Source: Eledone cirrhosa (lineage: Eukaryota). From it: 64,000 bases of DNA. The notes beneath the pieces were generated by a model that saw only the letters and a program-made list of their open reading frames with translations, ran no database searches and was not told the DNA's origin. A program made the position numbers and the translations under genes. The stretch covers positions 99,138,001 through 99,202,000 of the forward strand of contig OZ024742.1 in assembly GCA_964016885.1 (NCBI GenBank), read 5' to 3'. Of this stretch, positions 27,043 to 41,125 are shown one piece after another; position 1 is the stretch's first letter, and every line of letters begins with the position of its first letter.

Positions 27043-27984
27043 TTACTAGCAGAGGTACCCGGCGTTGCTCGGGTATTAAATAGCAGTTATGTATATCATG
27101 TATGTCAATACTTCAGTGCTGCTTCGATAACTATACTTTTACAAAATCATCGGCTTTTTCCAAAAGGGGGTTCCTGCCCCCAGGGGTTCCCTACTCAATA
27201 TGGGCCAATTCTGAGAATTCACATTCATGTGTAGAACAAACGTAGCCCATGTGTCAAGTTTTGTGAAAACCGGTTGCGAACTCCAGTAGTTATGACATTT
27301 TGTTTCATTTCACTGCAATGCTTCAGTCGACTCCAAGGAAGGGGTTAAAGGGGGTTATCTGCCGGGAGGCCCTATAATCAATATCTGTAAAAATGAAAGT
27401 GCCCATGACCATCCGGAGTACATAAGTAACCTATGTCTTAAGTTTGGTGAAAATACTGTAGAAATGCATACAAACCCACACACACGCGTGAGCGAGCGTG
27501 TTTGTGTGTTTGTGTGTGTATGTATTTGTGTGTGCGTATGTATATGTATGTGTTTCTCCGTCGGCGCATACGTATGTGCTGGCCTAAATCTTCACTATTT
27601 ACTTTTACTATTATAATAACCTCTGTCATTTTCGTTTACAATTTTATTTACATCATTCTTAAACTCCGGGGCTGGAAATCATTCGGTTATTTTAAATAGA
27701 ACATTAGTCTAACGACTCCATTTATACCATAAACTTGGTCTTGTCTTTGCATGAAATTGTTCTTCTCGGTCCACATAACAACGTATTATCCTCGCTTTTT
27801 TTCCGTTCATTGCTAGGGAACGTCTTCAAGAAACCAAAATATGGTCTTCCTGTTTTCCTTCGGTTGCAACTTTTCTCGAAATATATAGTTCTGCGTTCAC
27901 GGATTGAATTTTTTAGTTTCAGAAGATCCCGTTAACTTTGAAAGCAGTGATTCTCTGCTTAAACTTTAATCTGTTCTTATAACA

Positions 27985-28029
<45 letters not shown>

Positions 28030-28298
28030 AGAGAGAGAGAGAGAGAGATGCGTCTTTTTGTGTATGTGTGAGTGCGGACATAAATATATATAACTTACAC
28101 AGTCACAGTACGTCGTGTGTGAAAGAGAGAAAGATACGTTAGGTTGAAAAATGGAGTTGAATAGTGTGTAAAGAACAGATAAATAAATAAAAGTTAAAGA
28201 TCCTCACTCTCTTTCTTTCTTTCTCAACCCCTCTCTCCCTTTTTTCTCATACCCTCTCTCTCACTATTCCTCTACAGAATGGAGAACAATAAAGAACG

Positions 28299-28385
<87 letters not shown>

Positions 28386-28726
28386 TTATATATATATATG
28401 TGTGTATGTGTGTGTGTGAACCAGCGTTTGTCGCCTTCTCTCTCTCTCTATGTGAATATCTTGTACTTCTCTCTGTATAACAACCTATCTCACTCTCTCT
28501 CTACATCTCCCTTTCTTTCTTTAGATGCATATGTATATGTTTGTGTGTGTGGGGGGGGGGGTCGTGCAACCAGCCAACCAATATTTACCTAGGGGCCGCA
28601 TTAACGAAAACTTGAAACTTTTATGAGTCCAAAACACTCCTGGGAACATAATGCATGTTTGTTCCAAGTTGGAAGAAAATTGGTTTCAAACTGTAGAAGT
28701 TCTGTGGGTATGGACATACACACATC

Positions 28727-28798
<72 letters not shown>

Positions 28799-28928
28799 AT
28801 AAGCAGCGATTCTTTGCTAACACTTTTGTATATATATATAGATATATATTTAGATATTTTTATGTGTATACATGTGTGTATGTATGTATATATGTGTATA
28901 TATATATATATATATATGTATATATAAG

Positions 28929-28990
<62 letters not shown>

Positions 28991-29281
28991 AATGTAGCGA
29001 AGATAATACGTCAGCAATGGCGTATCCGTCTGAATGTCGTTATGCAGACAGCCAGACACACAGACAGATATTATAAGGGTTCGACGGAGATGGCTAACCG
29101 GCGCCTAACACCCCTTTAACAGCAGAAAATTGAAAAATAAAGGCTGCAGTTAATATCTTTAAACCGCAAGGAATATATTAATGCAAGTTTGAAGTCAATC
29201 GGAGTAGAAATTTGGATTTGTATAGACTTTGCAAAAATGAGGACACATACACAGACAACATCAGTTATATATATATATAGA
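27043..29281 (-). mobile_element. Composite non-autonomous Helitron-like element with nested repeats
   Basis: CTAG (27046-27049) next to the hairpin acccggcgttgctcgggt, shared with the 16859-17920 element; far end acagacaacatcagttatata...taga (TC start on minus); a second similar terminus near 28710-28740. Confidence 0.6.
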
Positions 29282-29862
29282 TATCACGCTTTATACATTT
29301 TACTTATTCCATATCATTCCAAACCATACTGTAATTTCATTTAGTCACTCCCTGAATTTATTTATTTAGTAGGTTATTTATTTGCCAGTCTCTAACCTCT
29401 GTCCTTCATACTTTTTTTTTTAATTTTATCATTCAAATATATTCTTACTCTTATCTTTGTTGCATACCGTCTCAATGACACCGAAATTCACGACTTTCTT
29501 TGTACTACTCATCCACCACTTGTCACCCTCACCCTCCCCTGCTTCGCTATTGCATCTCATCATTCCCTAAATCTTACCCCCCACCCCGATCCCTCTAATC
29601 ACAACATAAGTGCCAATTTGTCCACTGTTAAACGGTCAACGCCTCAAACCATCCCCACCTTAACCACTGGATGTATCACACCAACATTCATTCATTTTCT
29701 GAATCTCTTCTTCCTACATCTTCCCTTCCCCTCTCAAACCTTTTCACATATTTTTTCTCTACAAAACTAACAACCAATACAAAGAAAATCTGACCACCCC
29801 AAATGAATGAAAACAGGTATATTTGTTAACGCTGTACGCGAAACATTCCATCATTAAGTTAA

Positions 29863-29935
29863 CAGATGTCTGATGAGCTTTTTATTCCAAAGTTATGCTC
29901 GATCGATACTGATCGCGAAACGCGTGTCACACCTG
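29863..29935 (+). ncRNA. Type I hammerhead ribozyme at 3' end of a solo pLTR-like region
   Basis: CAGAUGU-CUGAUGA-GC...GC-GAAA-CGCGUG-UC-ACACCUG; GUC site; one stem I mismatch. Confidence 0.75.
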
Positions 29936-30024
29936 AATAAACTTAATGAAAATTTCAAATTACATACTAGAAACTACGCATCAAGTGCTCACTTTGGTGA
30001 ACCAACAGCGACTCGATGTTAACA

Positions 30025-30079
<55 letters not shown>

Positions 30080-30377
30080 TTGGGGAGGGTCATATTGTTG
30101 TAATATTGCCAGAAATAATAACAGAACACACTGTTTGGCTGGTTTTCGCTTCTGTATCTTTTATATCTCCATAGTTAATTTATTTGGCAATCAATGTTTA
30201 TCATTGATTAACCAACGGTTAAAAATACAGATATAAATATATATATATAGTCTATCAAAGTTCTTTCGTTGCACATCTGCAACATCATCAGTGGTACTAT
30301 TATGTTTCCTCCTATTGTATTGTAATGTCTCCGCCATTTTCATATATATATATATATAGTTTAGGGACTGTAGTATC

Positions 30378-30409
<32 letters not shown>

Positions 30410-31784
30410 GAAGTGACAGCGAGAGTGAGTGTGTGTGAGTGTGCGTGTGTGTGTGTGTATGTGTGTCAAGCCCTCAATCGCAGGAACAGACAAACAAACA
30501 TGCATACACAGTTACATACATACATACATCCATAGATATGTGTTTGTTTGTCTCTTTCTACGATTGAGATCCCTAAATTAGCTTTTCATTTAAAGAAACC
30601 GATTAAATAAGTGCTGGTATCGATATGATCAGTTACATGCTGTGTCCTAGCACTGACGCAGACTAAAGGCTGAAACTAATAAAAGATTAAATTGCTCTTA
30701 GATATTGAGATGTAAAACAACAATATAGAAAGAGATATAAGTATATATGAAAACAGAAAATAATTCCACATTCGTTTATAAGGCCATAGAGAGATTGTGT
30801 TTTGGAAAATATCAGAAGCCATTTTGATTCGAATAAAGTATTATCTCCTCCTTTTGACAAACAGCAGGCAAAAATGTGACAGCTATGGTATTGTGACCGT
30901 AAAATTTTCATGCATAAGTTATGACATCAAATATGTCTGCTGGTGAAATGTGATGGCAGATAACGGGAGCAAACATGAATAACAAACCGGTACTCTAGAT
31001 GGACTTGAAACAAGAAACTACAGAATAAATTAAACAAAGTTTTTAAATGAATTAACGAGTGGGTTACAATTGAAAAGTGAACATTTTCGACAGTCTTTAT
31101 ATGGTTTTAACACATTAAAAACAAAATTACAAGATTTTAAAAGCTTCACGGAAAATTGTTCAAAGTAGCTAAGAAAATTGTTCAAAGTACCTTGAGATTT
31201 TTTTGCCATTTATATTTTATTGTACTGGTTTTAGTCATTAGCCTGTGGTCATGCTGGTGTTGCGCGTTTTGAATTGATTTAAACGATGATATCCACTCCA
31301 GTAAATATTATTTTCAATCTGGTAATATGATATATACATCGAGTATAACAGTAGTAAACTCTACATTCAATGTCACGTGTCTTGAAAACGAAGGGGAGTT
31401 AAAAAAGTTCTGATTATTCACAGAGGACACGTTGGCAGGTATTCAAATTGAAAAAAATGAAAACGAATCATAAATCACTCAACCAGGGTTTCCATATAGA
31501 AAGCTAATCATAATTGCAAACAATTAATAGATAAATCGAACAGATAAATAATCAGAGTAAAAAGTTCACCTTACAATTTCAATGTGGGTATCCACAGGGA
31601 GTTTAAAATAATACTATGAAGGTTTCAAATAGAACTGATAAACCTTCGGTCGTTTTCCAACTCACTTGTAATTTAATTAAGTCAGCATCATTAAGAGACT
31701 AACCTAAGGAAATTCGAGTACTTATACGTTAAATATTCACAAAAACGACATCATGTGGTTAAAAAATTTGGTTTTCCGACACCG

Positions 31785-31827
<43 letters not shown>

Positions 31828-31834
31828 TACATAC

Positions 31835-31888
<54 letters not shown>

Positions 31889-31890
31889 AT

Positions 31891-32004
31891 ATAGGAAAAG
31901 GTTCAGGCTCCGACTTGAGAGCTCAAGCCGTTTCGACGGCTACAGTCCAGAAATAGCCGTCGAAACGGCTTGAATTCTGCCGTCGGGGTCCTGAACCTTT
32001 TCCT
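31891..32004. repeat. Short fold-back hairpin
   Basis: aggaaaaggttcagg...caagccgtttcgacggcta / tagccgtcgaaacggcttg...cctgaaccttttcct. Confidence 0.75.
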
Positions 32005-32170
32005 CTTACCACACTTCCTTCGATTTAAGTATATATTTATTTATATATATGTATATATATATATATGTGTATACATATATATATATATATAAATATATAT
32101 ATATATGTATATATATGTATATATATACATACATATATACATATACATATACATATATACATATATATAC

Positions 32171-32201
<31 letters not shown>

Positions 32202-32421
32202 GTTATGTAATAAACAACATAAGATAATTAGTTCATTTACCAGTGGTTTCTTGAAAGCAACCAAAATTGCTTTCATTCATCAGAATGAAAACATCCTGGT
32301 GTCTTTATTGATAGTGGATTTGAAAAACAAAAATATAGCAGATATGAAAGTGAGGCTGGGTAAAAAAAGGGGGGGGGGGGTAATAAATAAGAATATATAA
32401 CAACACACACGTAAACACACA
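32202..32421 (-). mobile_element. Left arm of inverted HHR-bearing pLTR pair (HHR 32232-32290)
   Basis: Reverse complement of 36828-37055. Confidence 0.85.
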
Positions 32422-32918
32422 CAACAAAGCTCCAACACCGAGATTTTCAGATGTTGTCCTCACCTGAAATCACATCTGCTCTGTAAATGGATTGACATTC
32501 CTACGATGATTCAACCACCTCGAACTTCTTCTTTGCTACGATGACTTAACCACCTTGAACTTCTCCTTTGCTCTTTACGCCTTACTTTTTTACTCTCTGG
32601 ACTCACTTTCTGTACCCTTATTTTCTCTTTCTCCCTTATCTCCTCTTATTTTTTAACTTTTTCTCATGTTATTTATTTTCCTTATTCCCACCTACGCTCT
32701 ACCTTACCATTTACATACCCACCCACCCCTTTTGATTTTTAGATATTAATTTTACGTGTATGTTGTTGTGTATATCTGTATATAAGTGTATGTATATATA
32801 TATATATATATATATGTATATGTACGTATAAATTTGTATATATATGTGTATGTGTATGTATGTGTATATACATATACATATGTGTGTGTGTGTATTAGTG
32901 TGTGTGTATATATATACA

Positions 32919-32979
<61 letters not shown>

Positions 32980-33131
32980 GCTTTCCACCACATATTTACA
33001 CCCTCAGCCTCCTGATTCCTGTCCCCCACCCCACTATCCACACACGCACAGACACTCCGACCCCCCCCCCCCCCACACACACACACCTCTTCCTGAACAT
33101 GCAACCCCGTTCTTCCCCCAACCCTTACTTT

Positions 33132-33168
<37 letters not shown>

Positions 33169-33470
33169 CTACACACACACACCACCTTCAGCCCTCCCCG
33201 CTCGGACACCCCGTCTCCCTCTCCCCACTCCACCCGCCACCACCCCTACACACCCACACCCTTCCACCACCTGTTTACCCCCCTTTTAATTTCAGTTTAT
33301 TTTGATCATGCCTTTATTTTTAAATTTATCTCATTCCTTGTATTTTGATCATGCTTTATTTTTATATTTATCTTTATTTTTTATTTTTTCATTCGCACCG
33401 TTTCCTTTCGCTATATGTCTCTCCACCACTCCTCTACACACCCTTTGAACTCTGTTCCCACACACTTCTC

Positions 33471-33502
33471 ACCTGAGGAAGGGCTTATGCCCGAAACGTC
33501 GT
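33471..33502 (+). ncRNA. Minimal PLE-type hammerhead motif
   Basis: AC-CUGAGGA-A-GGGC-UUAU-GCCC-GAAA-CG-UC-GU; palindromic ACGU stem III; very short stem I. Confidence 0.65.
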
Positions 33503-33590
33503 CCCCCACCAACACCCCACTCTCCAGAGCGTGAAATTAATAAATATTCGTTGTACTGCCTCTCTGTTTTGTCCCTGTTCAAATGTTTCC

Positions 33591-33635
<45 letters not shown>

Positions 33636-33773
33636 TTGTATGTAGTTGGTTGTGTGTGTGTATGTATGGTTTTGTATGTATATGCATAATTACATACTGA
33701 GTTTTTTAATGCTTACTTTAATTGATTATTTGCTCCAGGAATTGTTGAGTGCTCTTAATCAGCTATAAACATT

Positions 33774-35150
33774 TGTAGTGACTAGCGAGTTACTTCCCTT
33801 GTATCGGCACTATCTTAAATATAGGAGAGGCTATTGAGCGAGAAGGGTAGCTGATCTCTCTCTTCCATACTGGCTGCAATGGAAAGCGGACGTACAAATA
33901 TTCTTCTCCTCTGCCGAATTAGTTTATGGTACTCCTCTGGCGTTACCAGGGCAAATGCTGGCCCCTTTTGACCTGACTTCGCAGTGTCCCGCTTCCTACG
34001 TGTCCCGGCTTCACTCTTATTTCAAGGATCTACCACCGATGGGCACTAAGAAGCAAACTGTAAAAACTGCCGTCCCAAGGGATATTGCCTTGTGGACACA
34101 TGTGTTCGTTAGAGACGACGCCATGAGACCCCTTCTTCAACGGCCGTACTCTGGACCCTATCGTGTGCTTGCTCGCACAGACAAACACTTCACACTGGAC
34201 ATTCGTGGTTCCAGGGAAACGGTTTCCGGTGATCGTTTCAAACGAGCAAACCTGGACAATGACACAATGACACTTGAAACTCAAATGCCCCCTTCTTTTT
34301 CTTTGCCACATACGCCTATTTCTTCTCCCCCCCCCCATCAACATACAGAACTACGACCCGTTCTGGGCGAAGGGTGCATTGGCCCCGTAAGCTATGCAGT
34401 AATATAAACTGAATTGTATTATTTTCTTCTTCCAGTTGTTTTTGCTGTATATTTCATTGTGTTGCTTTTTGACTCCTGACTGCCTACGGCAGTATCAATA
34501 AATATTATTTTTCGTTACATCCCGTAACATTACGGCTGTTGCCAGTTTAAATGCATTTCATTGTTCAGTGCATTTTTGTAACCTTGCTACATATGGCATT
34601 TTCATTGCCTAGCAAAATTTTTTTGTTTATTGCATATGGGGCCCCTTTACTGCGAATGGTATTTTTTAATGCATTTTGCATTTATTGCTGTACATTTTTC
34701 TGTGTTAATGCTTGCATGCTTGAACCTATTTCTCTTTCCGATGCTTCGTTTTGAAACATGCTTCCAGATTTTGTAAATTGTACCTTGTGGGTCCTTGGCT
34801 TCATCGTTAACGATTTTCGGCTAAAAATCTGCCCGGGGGTGATGTAGTGACTAGCGAGTTACTTCCCTTGTATCGGCACTATCTTAAATATATGAGAGGC
34901 TATTGAGTGAGAAGGGTAGCTGATCTCTCTCTTCCATACTGGCTGCAATGGACAGCAGACGTACAAATATTCTTCTCCGATTATGACGGCCCGACTTGGC
35001 AGGTGTACTCTATTGAATGCCTTCGTTTGGAACCAAAGACTTTGTGACGCCTCGTCTCCTGCATACACACATATCCTTTCGTTTAACTCTGTCCATAAAA
35101 TAATAATTAAGCCATTTCTGTTAACCCGCAAGGTATGTAGGGATTGAATT
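33774..35150 (+). mobile_element. Internally deleted Ty3/Gypsy LTR retrotransposon remnant
   Basis: Direct repeats starting TGTAGTGACTAGCGAG at 33774-33909 and 34843-34978; G-rich PPT just before 34843; integrase C-terminus between them. Right boundary approximate. Confidence 0.8.
33910..34407 (+). pseudogene. Gypsy integrase C-terminal fragment (GPY/F region)
   Basis: SAELVYGTPLALPG...THVFVRDDA...LQRPYSGPYRVLARTDKHFTLDIRG...TVSGDRFK. Confidence 0.8.
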
Positions 35151-35645
35151 AACTTTTGTATAGAGTTTATTAAATGTATCATTTAATAAAGGATTGTTGA
35201 TTTCGACTGTTAAAGCCCTTTTGAAGTTATTATTTTACATAAGTAAGACGATGTGTTGTCCGTTCATTGACAATATATCGTTTTCACTTTACATTTATAC
35301 CTTTATTTTTTTATTTTTCATATGCCCTACTATTTGAATACCCCTTCCTTCCTTTTATTTTTATTTTGTGTATGTATGTATGTATATATATGTATGTATA
35401 TGTGTATATATGTATATGTATATATATATATGTGTGTGTATGTATATGTATATGTGTATATATCTATACATAAAATTGAAAATAATTTTTTATGTAATTC
35501 TTTTTATATATATATGTGTGTGTGCATGTGTATGTATGTATATATATATGTATATGTGTGTATGTACGTGTATATATGTTATAGTCACTTATATATTATG
35601 AAATACTGTTGGCTTCATGCTCACAATAATTTCTATACTTTCATT

Positions 35646-35676
<31 letters not shown>

Positions 35677-35749
35677 ATGTGTAGGTGTGTATATTTGTAT
35701 ATATATATTTATATATACAAATATACACACCTACATTTATATATATATA

Positions 35750-35798
<49 letters not shown>

Positions 35799-36081
35799 AT
35801 GTGCGTGAGTGTGTACGTACTTATGCGTATGTGTGTATGTAACTTTATAGTTTATATTTTTGTTTTTATCTTTAAGAATTGTTATACTATATGTGTGTAT
35901 GTTGTTTACATTTATGTGTGCGTGTATATGTATTTGTATGTATACACTCTTTTGTGTCTGTGCTATGTTTATATGTATGGGGTGTGCTCGTAAATGTTTA
36001 TATGTATGCGTATGTGTGTGTGTATTTATTTATATGTGTGTGTGTGTGTATGTATATATATATATATGTGTGTATGCACAC

Positions 36082-36129
<48 letters not shown>

Positions 36130-36186
36130 TTAGTTTTTTTTTGTACATTTGCTTTCCACGTGCGTTTGGTCATTTATTATTATTAT

Positions 36187-36345
36187 TCGGACGCCATGCT
36201 TTCCAGCATAGTTACGTCCCTTTACGGCCTGAGTTCAAATCCCGCCGAGGTTTACTTTGCCTTTCATCCTTACGGGGTCGATAAAATAAAGTACCAGTAA
36301 TACAGTGAGTAATTGCTGGCCTTGTGCTTAAAGTAGAAACAATTA
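36187..36345 (+). mobile_element. tRNA-derived SINE copy
   Basis: Pol III B-box-like GAGTTCAAATCCC at 36231, then gactttgcctttcatcc-type body and gtcgataaaataaagtaccag; (ATT)n tail. Confidence 0.8.
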
Positions 36346-36614
36346 TTATTATTATTATCTTTGTTTTTATTTTAAATTTTGCCGTCCTGTATCGCTGTCA
36401 ACTTAACAATCCTTTTTATTTTTTCATTTTCTCAATCCTTATTTTTTTATGTGACGGCCTATTATGATTAATTAATCTTATTTGTATGTGAGCATATGTA
36501 TCCTTTTATAGGTCGGTACTTATGCATGTGTGTATATGTATATATATATATCTGTGTGTATGTATGTGTCTGTGTATGTACGTATGTATGTGTATGTGTA
36601 TATATGTGTATATG

Positions 36615-36661
<47 letters not shown>

Positions 36662-36827
36662 ATGTGTGTGCATGTATATGTGTGTATGTATATGTGTTGG
36701 TGTATTTATGTATGGATGTATATATATATGTATATGTGCATATGCGTGCGTATATGTGTCTCTGTGTATATTTGTGTGTATGTGTACGTATATATAGTTA
36801 TATATATATGTGCTTGCGTGTGTGCGT

Positions 36828-37055
36828 GTGTGTGTTTACGTGTGTTGTTATATATTCTTATTTATTATTATCCCCCCCCCATCCCCTTTTTTTCCTCCAG
36901 CCTCACTTTCATATCTGTTATATTTTTGTTTTTCAAATCCACTGTCAATAAAGACACCAGGATTTTTTCATTCTGATGAATGAAAGCAATTTTGGTTGCT
37001 TTCAAGAAACCACTGGTAAATGAAATAATTATCTTATGTTGTTTATTACATAACT
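36828..37055 (+). mobile_element. Right arm of inverted pLTR pair
   Basis: Reverse complement of 32202-32421. Confidence 0.85.
36966..37025 (+). ncRNA. Type I hammerhead ribozyme
   Basis: UUUCAUU-CUGAUGA-A-UGAAAGCAA...UUGCUUUCA-A-GAAA-CCACUGG-UA-AAUGAAA; 7-bp stem I, 9+ bp stem II, GUA site. Confidence 0.9.
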
Positions 37056-37122
37056 AATAAGCTCTGTAACCTACATAGAGCACACTTTTTTCCTGGACCT
37101 TACCGACAGAGTTACTTCATTT

Positions 37123-37166
<44 letters not shown>

Positions 37167-38083
37167 AAATAGTAGAAAGGGAAAGTTAAAAGATTTTTTT
37201 CAGTAGAAAATGCTGAAGAAATTCTTTCAGTGTAATATCAAAACATTTATATATATATATATATATATAATGTGGTATAAGACAATTTAAAATGAAACGG
37301 CGTTATCTCATATACAATACGCTTTATATATTTTTTCACACAAAGACACACATTTATATATATGTATGAGTGAGAACGGGAGAGAGAGAGGGGGGAGAGA
37401 TAGTGATATGTATAATATTAATGCTTGAACACAGTATATTTGAAGGTTTATGATAAACATGAGATTGATAAATCTCCTTTTTTTTCACTAGAAGCCTTAA
37501 CTGTGACGAAATTACTCTGTGAAGTTTATATACTATCAGCGTTTTCTAGCTGCATCGCGAAATACGAGATTATTCTCATGCCTGCACTTCAACGAGTATT
37601 GTCATCTCAATACTAAATAAATGTTCGCATGCTTCTATGTACAAAGGAATATTGCTATAACAAATCTAAATATATTATATAGAATATAGTAAATACTAGA
37701 AATGGTCAGTTACCTTTGCATCAGGTGCTCACTTTTTTCGACATAATTATATAAACAATAAATATACGAATGTGTAGAACACAGGCTATTTGATAACAGT
37801 AAAATTCAAATAAATATTACTAACGATTGTTAAAAAAAATTAGAAACCTTTGATGTGAAAAGAATGAACTGCGAAGTAAACAATATCAGCTATTCTACTT
37901 TACAAAGAACATAAGCGATTATACATGTGTTTGCATTTTGAGGATTAGTATGGTCTCATCAGAGAAGAAGCGCCTCTATACTTAAAACTAGATACAAAAA
38001 ACGCAGATAACGCTCTTGTAGATAAATAGTTGCTTACAATCTCACTCATTTGTAATACGCAAACCTACGCAAACCTACACACG

Positions 38084-38183
<100 letters not shown>

Positions 38184-40929
38184 CACACACACAGGTATAT
38201 ATATATATATATACAGGTCTGTATATATATATATATCATACCTAAGCACATGCAAAAGTATCACACATACGGTTTCGAGACATATATCACACGTATTGAA
38301 AGATGTACGCATATATTGGTTCAAATACAAACATACATTATTTACATATGCAAGAGCATGCATACATACACGGAATATTATAGACATCCATGAAGATGCA
38401 TATAAATAGATGCACAAGTACATACAGGTGTAAACATGCATACATACAAACACAACACGAACTAGCATGCACATATATCATACACATAAATATTTCCCTA
38501 CACGCGTACAGATACATATACTATATGTATAGATAGATGCGTACGCGTACATTCACACGCAATGATATACACATGCCTCAAACACTTTCATAGATGCTCA
38601 CGCACATACATACACAAGCTCATGACTACAATATACACACGCACGCACACACCAAAAAAGAATCCACACACAGACACTGCAGAACATAGATAAACAAACT
38701 CATACACATACACACAAACAAACATACATATACAATACACCAACAAACACAAAAACTCAGTCACACATTATAAGCACACGCATACAAACCTACGTAGAGA
38801 GACACATGCAGCGAAAATTCCAAATATACAGATTGACTATGTTAAAAACAACAATATTAACAAAGATATTTAAAGCCTGCGAGCCCAACACTTTTCAACC
38901 ATTTTCTGTCAGCTCTTATGTTCTCACTGAACCATGAAATTAAGTGGGGAAAGCAATCTATCTTCTTAACTTATTCTTTTTGCTATTTTATTAAATCGGC
39001 TTTCTGATTTTTGTTAACTAATTCTTCGCCATTTATCATGATAGAATCATCATAAACATCGTCGTTATCGCCGTTATAATTATTGTCACCATCGACATTT
39101 CCGATGTCCTCGTTGTCGTTGTCTTCGTTGTCCTGGTGGTCTTTGTTCTCGTCGTTGTTGTTTTCGATATTGTCGTGATATCATCGTCGTTGTCCTAGTC
39201 GTTATTGTCTTCATCAACGGAATGGTAGAATGGCAGTAGAATTGTAAAATGGCTGCCAGACTAAATGTTGTGTGTCATTTAATTTCCATTTCAATTATTC
39301 CTGAGTTCAAACCTCAATGAGGGAACTGGATGTCAAAAAATGATTAAATGCTGTATTAGATATATTTTATTACCTCCCTTTACCAGAATGAGATATAAAT
39401 TCATGTAATTACTATTTAAATAATCACCGTAATACAAGAATGACACATTACGAGAAATACTTAAGAACGTTTAGTCTAATTACCATACCAACAGAAGGGT
39501 TGTAATATAGGCGCCTATGATTATAAAAATGAATTCCTGATTAACAAAATTGCGACTGGAGACAATAGAATAGACGAAGAAGCACACACGGGTAATATGA
39601 ATGGTTTACCAGAAATTTTGGGGCAGTATAAATGTATAGTATAACATGCCCGTATATGGACAATACCCTGAATAATTTGAACACTTGGAAGTAGACCAAA
39701 ACTATTTCAGTATTAGTTGAGAAGTTCAGGTCTACCAAATGCTTATAATATATGCAGTGTATGTTTAAGTAGTGAGAAACAATTAACTACACACACAAAA
39801 GCATTCTCCTTCTCTCCGCCTCTCTCTTCTCCTCTCTCTTCCTCTCTCTTTTCTCTTTATCTCTCTTCCCTCCCTCTCTTCTCTTTCTTTTCCGCTCTCT
39901 CTCCTTCTTTCTTCCAGGATGCCCAGTCGTATGCAAGATATCCATAGGCATGACAAAGTTGATATTTTTTTCCATCATAACAGGGCCCCTTAAAATTCCT
40001 CTCAAAAGCACAAGCCTTTGTGGATGACCAGCAATCAGAAATGCAGACCAGTCTCCTCTCGATACGCTACCGATTCTGACGTTGGGGAAATCACATACCA
40101 AGAGAGATTGGCACCAGTATCGTCGCGGCTTATTTATAGCTAATTAGATTGAAGCGATATGAAATAAAATGTCCTACTTAAGAATACAGCACGCCGCCCG
40201 ATGCAAAAATCGATTTCCTAACCTTATGGTCGTGAGCCCAATTCACTAATTACTAAGCTATGTGTTGCCTCACTAGCATTATCTAATACGATATAAAAGT
40301 AAGAGAACTCGATGGAATAGTGGCACAACATAAAGGTTATCAGGAAATAACAAAATGACAGTGCACAAAATATACCATTACATGCACACAACCAAATCAA
40401 GGATCATCGAACTGATATTATAAAATTTGCAAATATTCATGTACTAAAAACTGTAGAGTATTGAAATATTCGCTCATAAACCTGAGATTATCTATGGAAG
40501 AATATGTTGATGTCGAGATGTCCCACCATTTCCCAAACAGATAAATTATGTGGTGTTGTGGCCTGGTGTGCATGTAAAAGCATTTAACGTTGTATTTTTA
40601 TGGCCCTTTGCAAGTTCAGGTGTGGTGGAATAGCGGTATCGTTATCGGACGGAGAGAAATGTTCGCTGTAATTACTTTAATTGTGCCTATTAAGTTAAAA
40701 TCCTGCTTCCTGTCACTGGAAATATGGTGACTCAACTGTCAGACGTTGTGACTGACAAATAGTATGAGCTAATAAAAACAGCTTCCTTCGTCCAATTTCC
40801 CGATCGCCTTCTCTCCATTTTTCTCTAGGTGAGTTATATTGATGCAGCCAATGCTTAGTCTCAATATCTGAAATCATAACTAAATACGAACTCACCTCTA
40901 ATGAGATTCTCCAGGGGCCCCACATATAT

Positions 40930-41125
40930 AATGGTTTCTAATTTAGGCACAATGTCAGCAATTTCGATGGAAAATGAATTAATCAAATCGTACCCAGTAC
41001 TTGAACAGTGCTTTATTTTATTGACACCTGAATAAATTGCAAAGTTGACTTAGGGTATTTAAACTGAGAACAAAAAGGGTCGTATATAAATGGTGCAAAG
41101 CATTTTGTCCACCATCTCAGACATT
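40930..41125 (-). mobile_element. Diverged SINE copy
   Basis: ggtttctaatttaggcaca...cccagtact...ctttattttattgac...gcaaagttgac...gcattttgtcc. Confidence 0.6.

Noticed and set aside
36231-36243. tRNA gene suggested by the B box
   Set aside because: No cloverleaf; it is part of a dispersed SINE.
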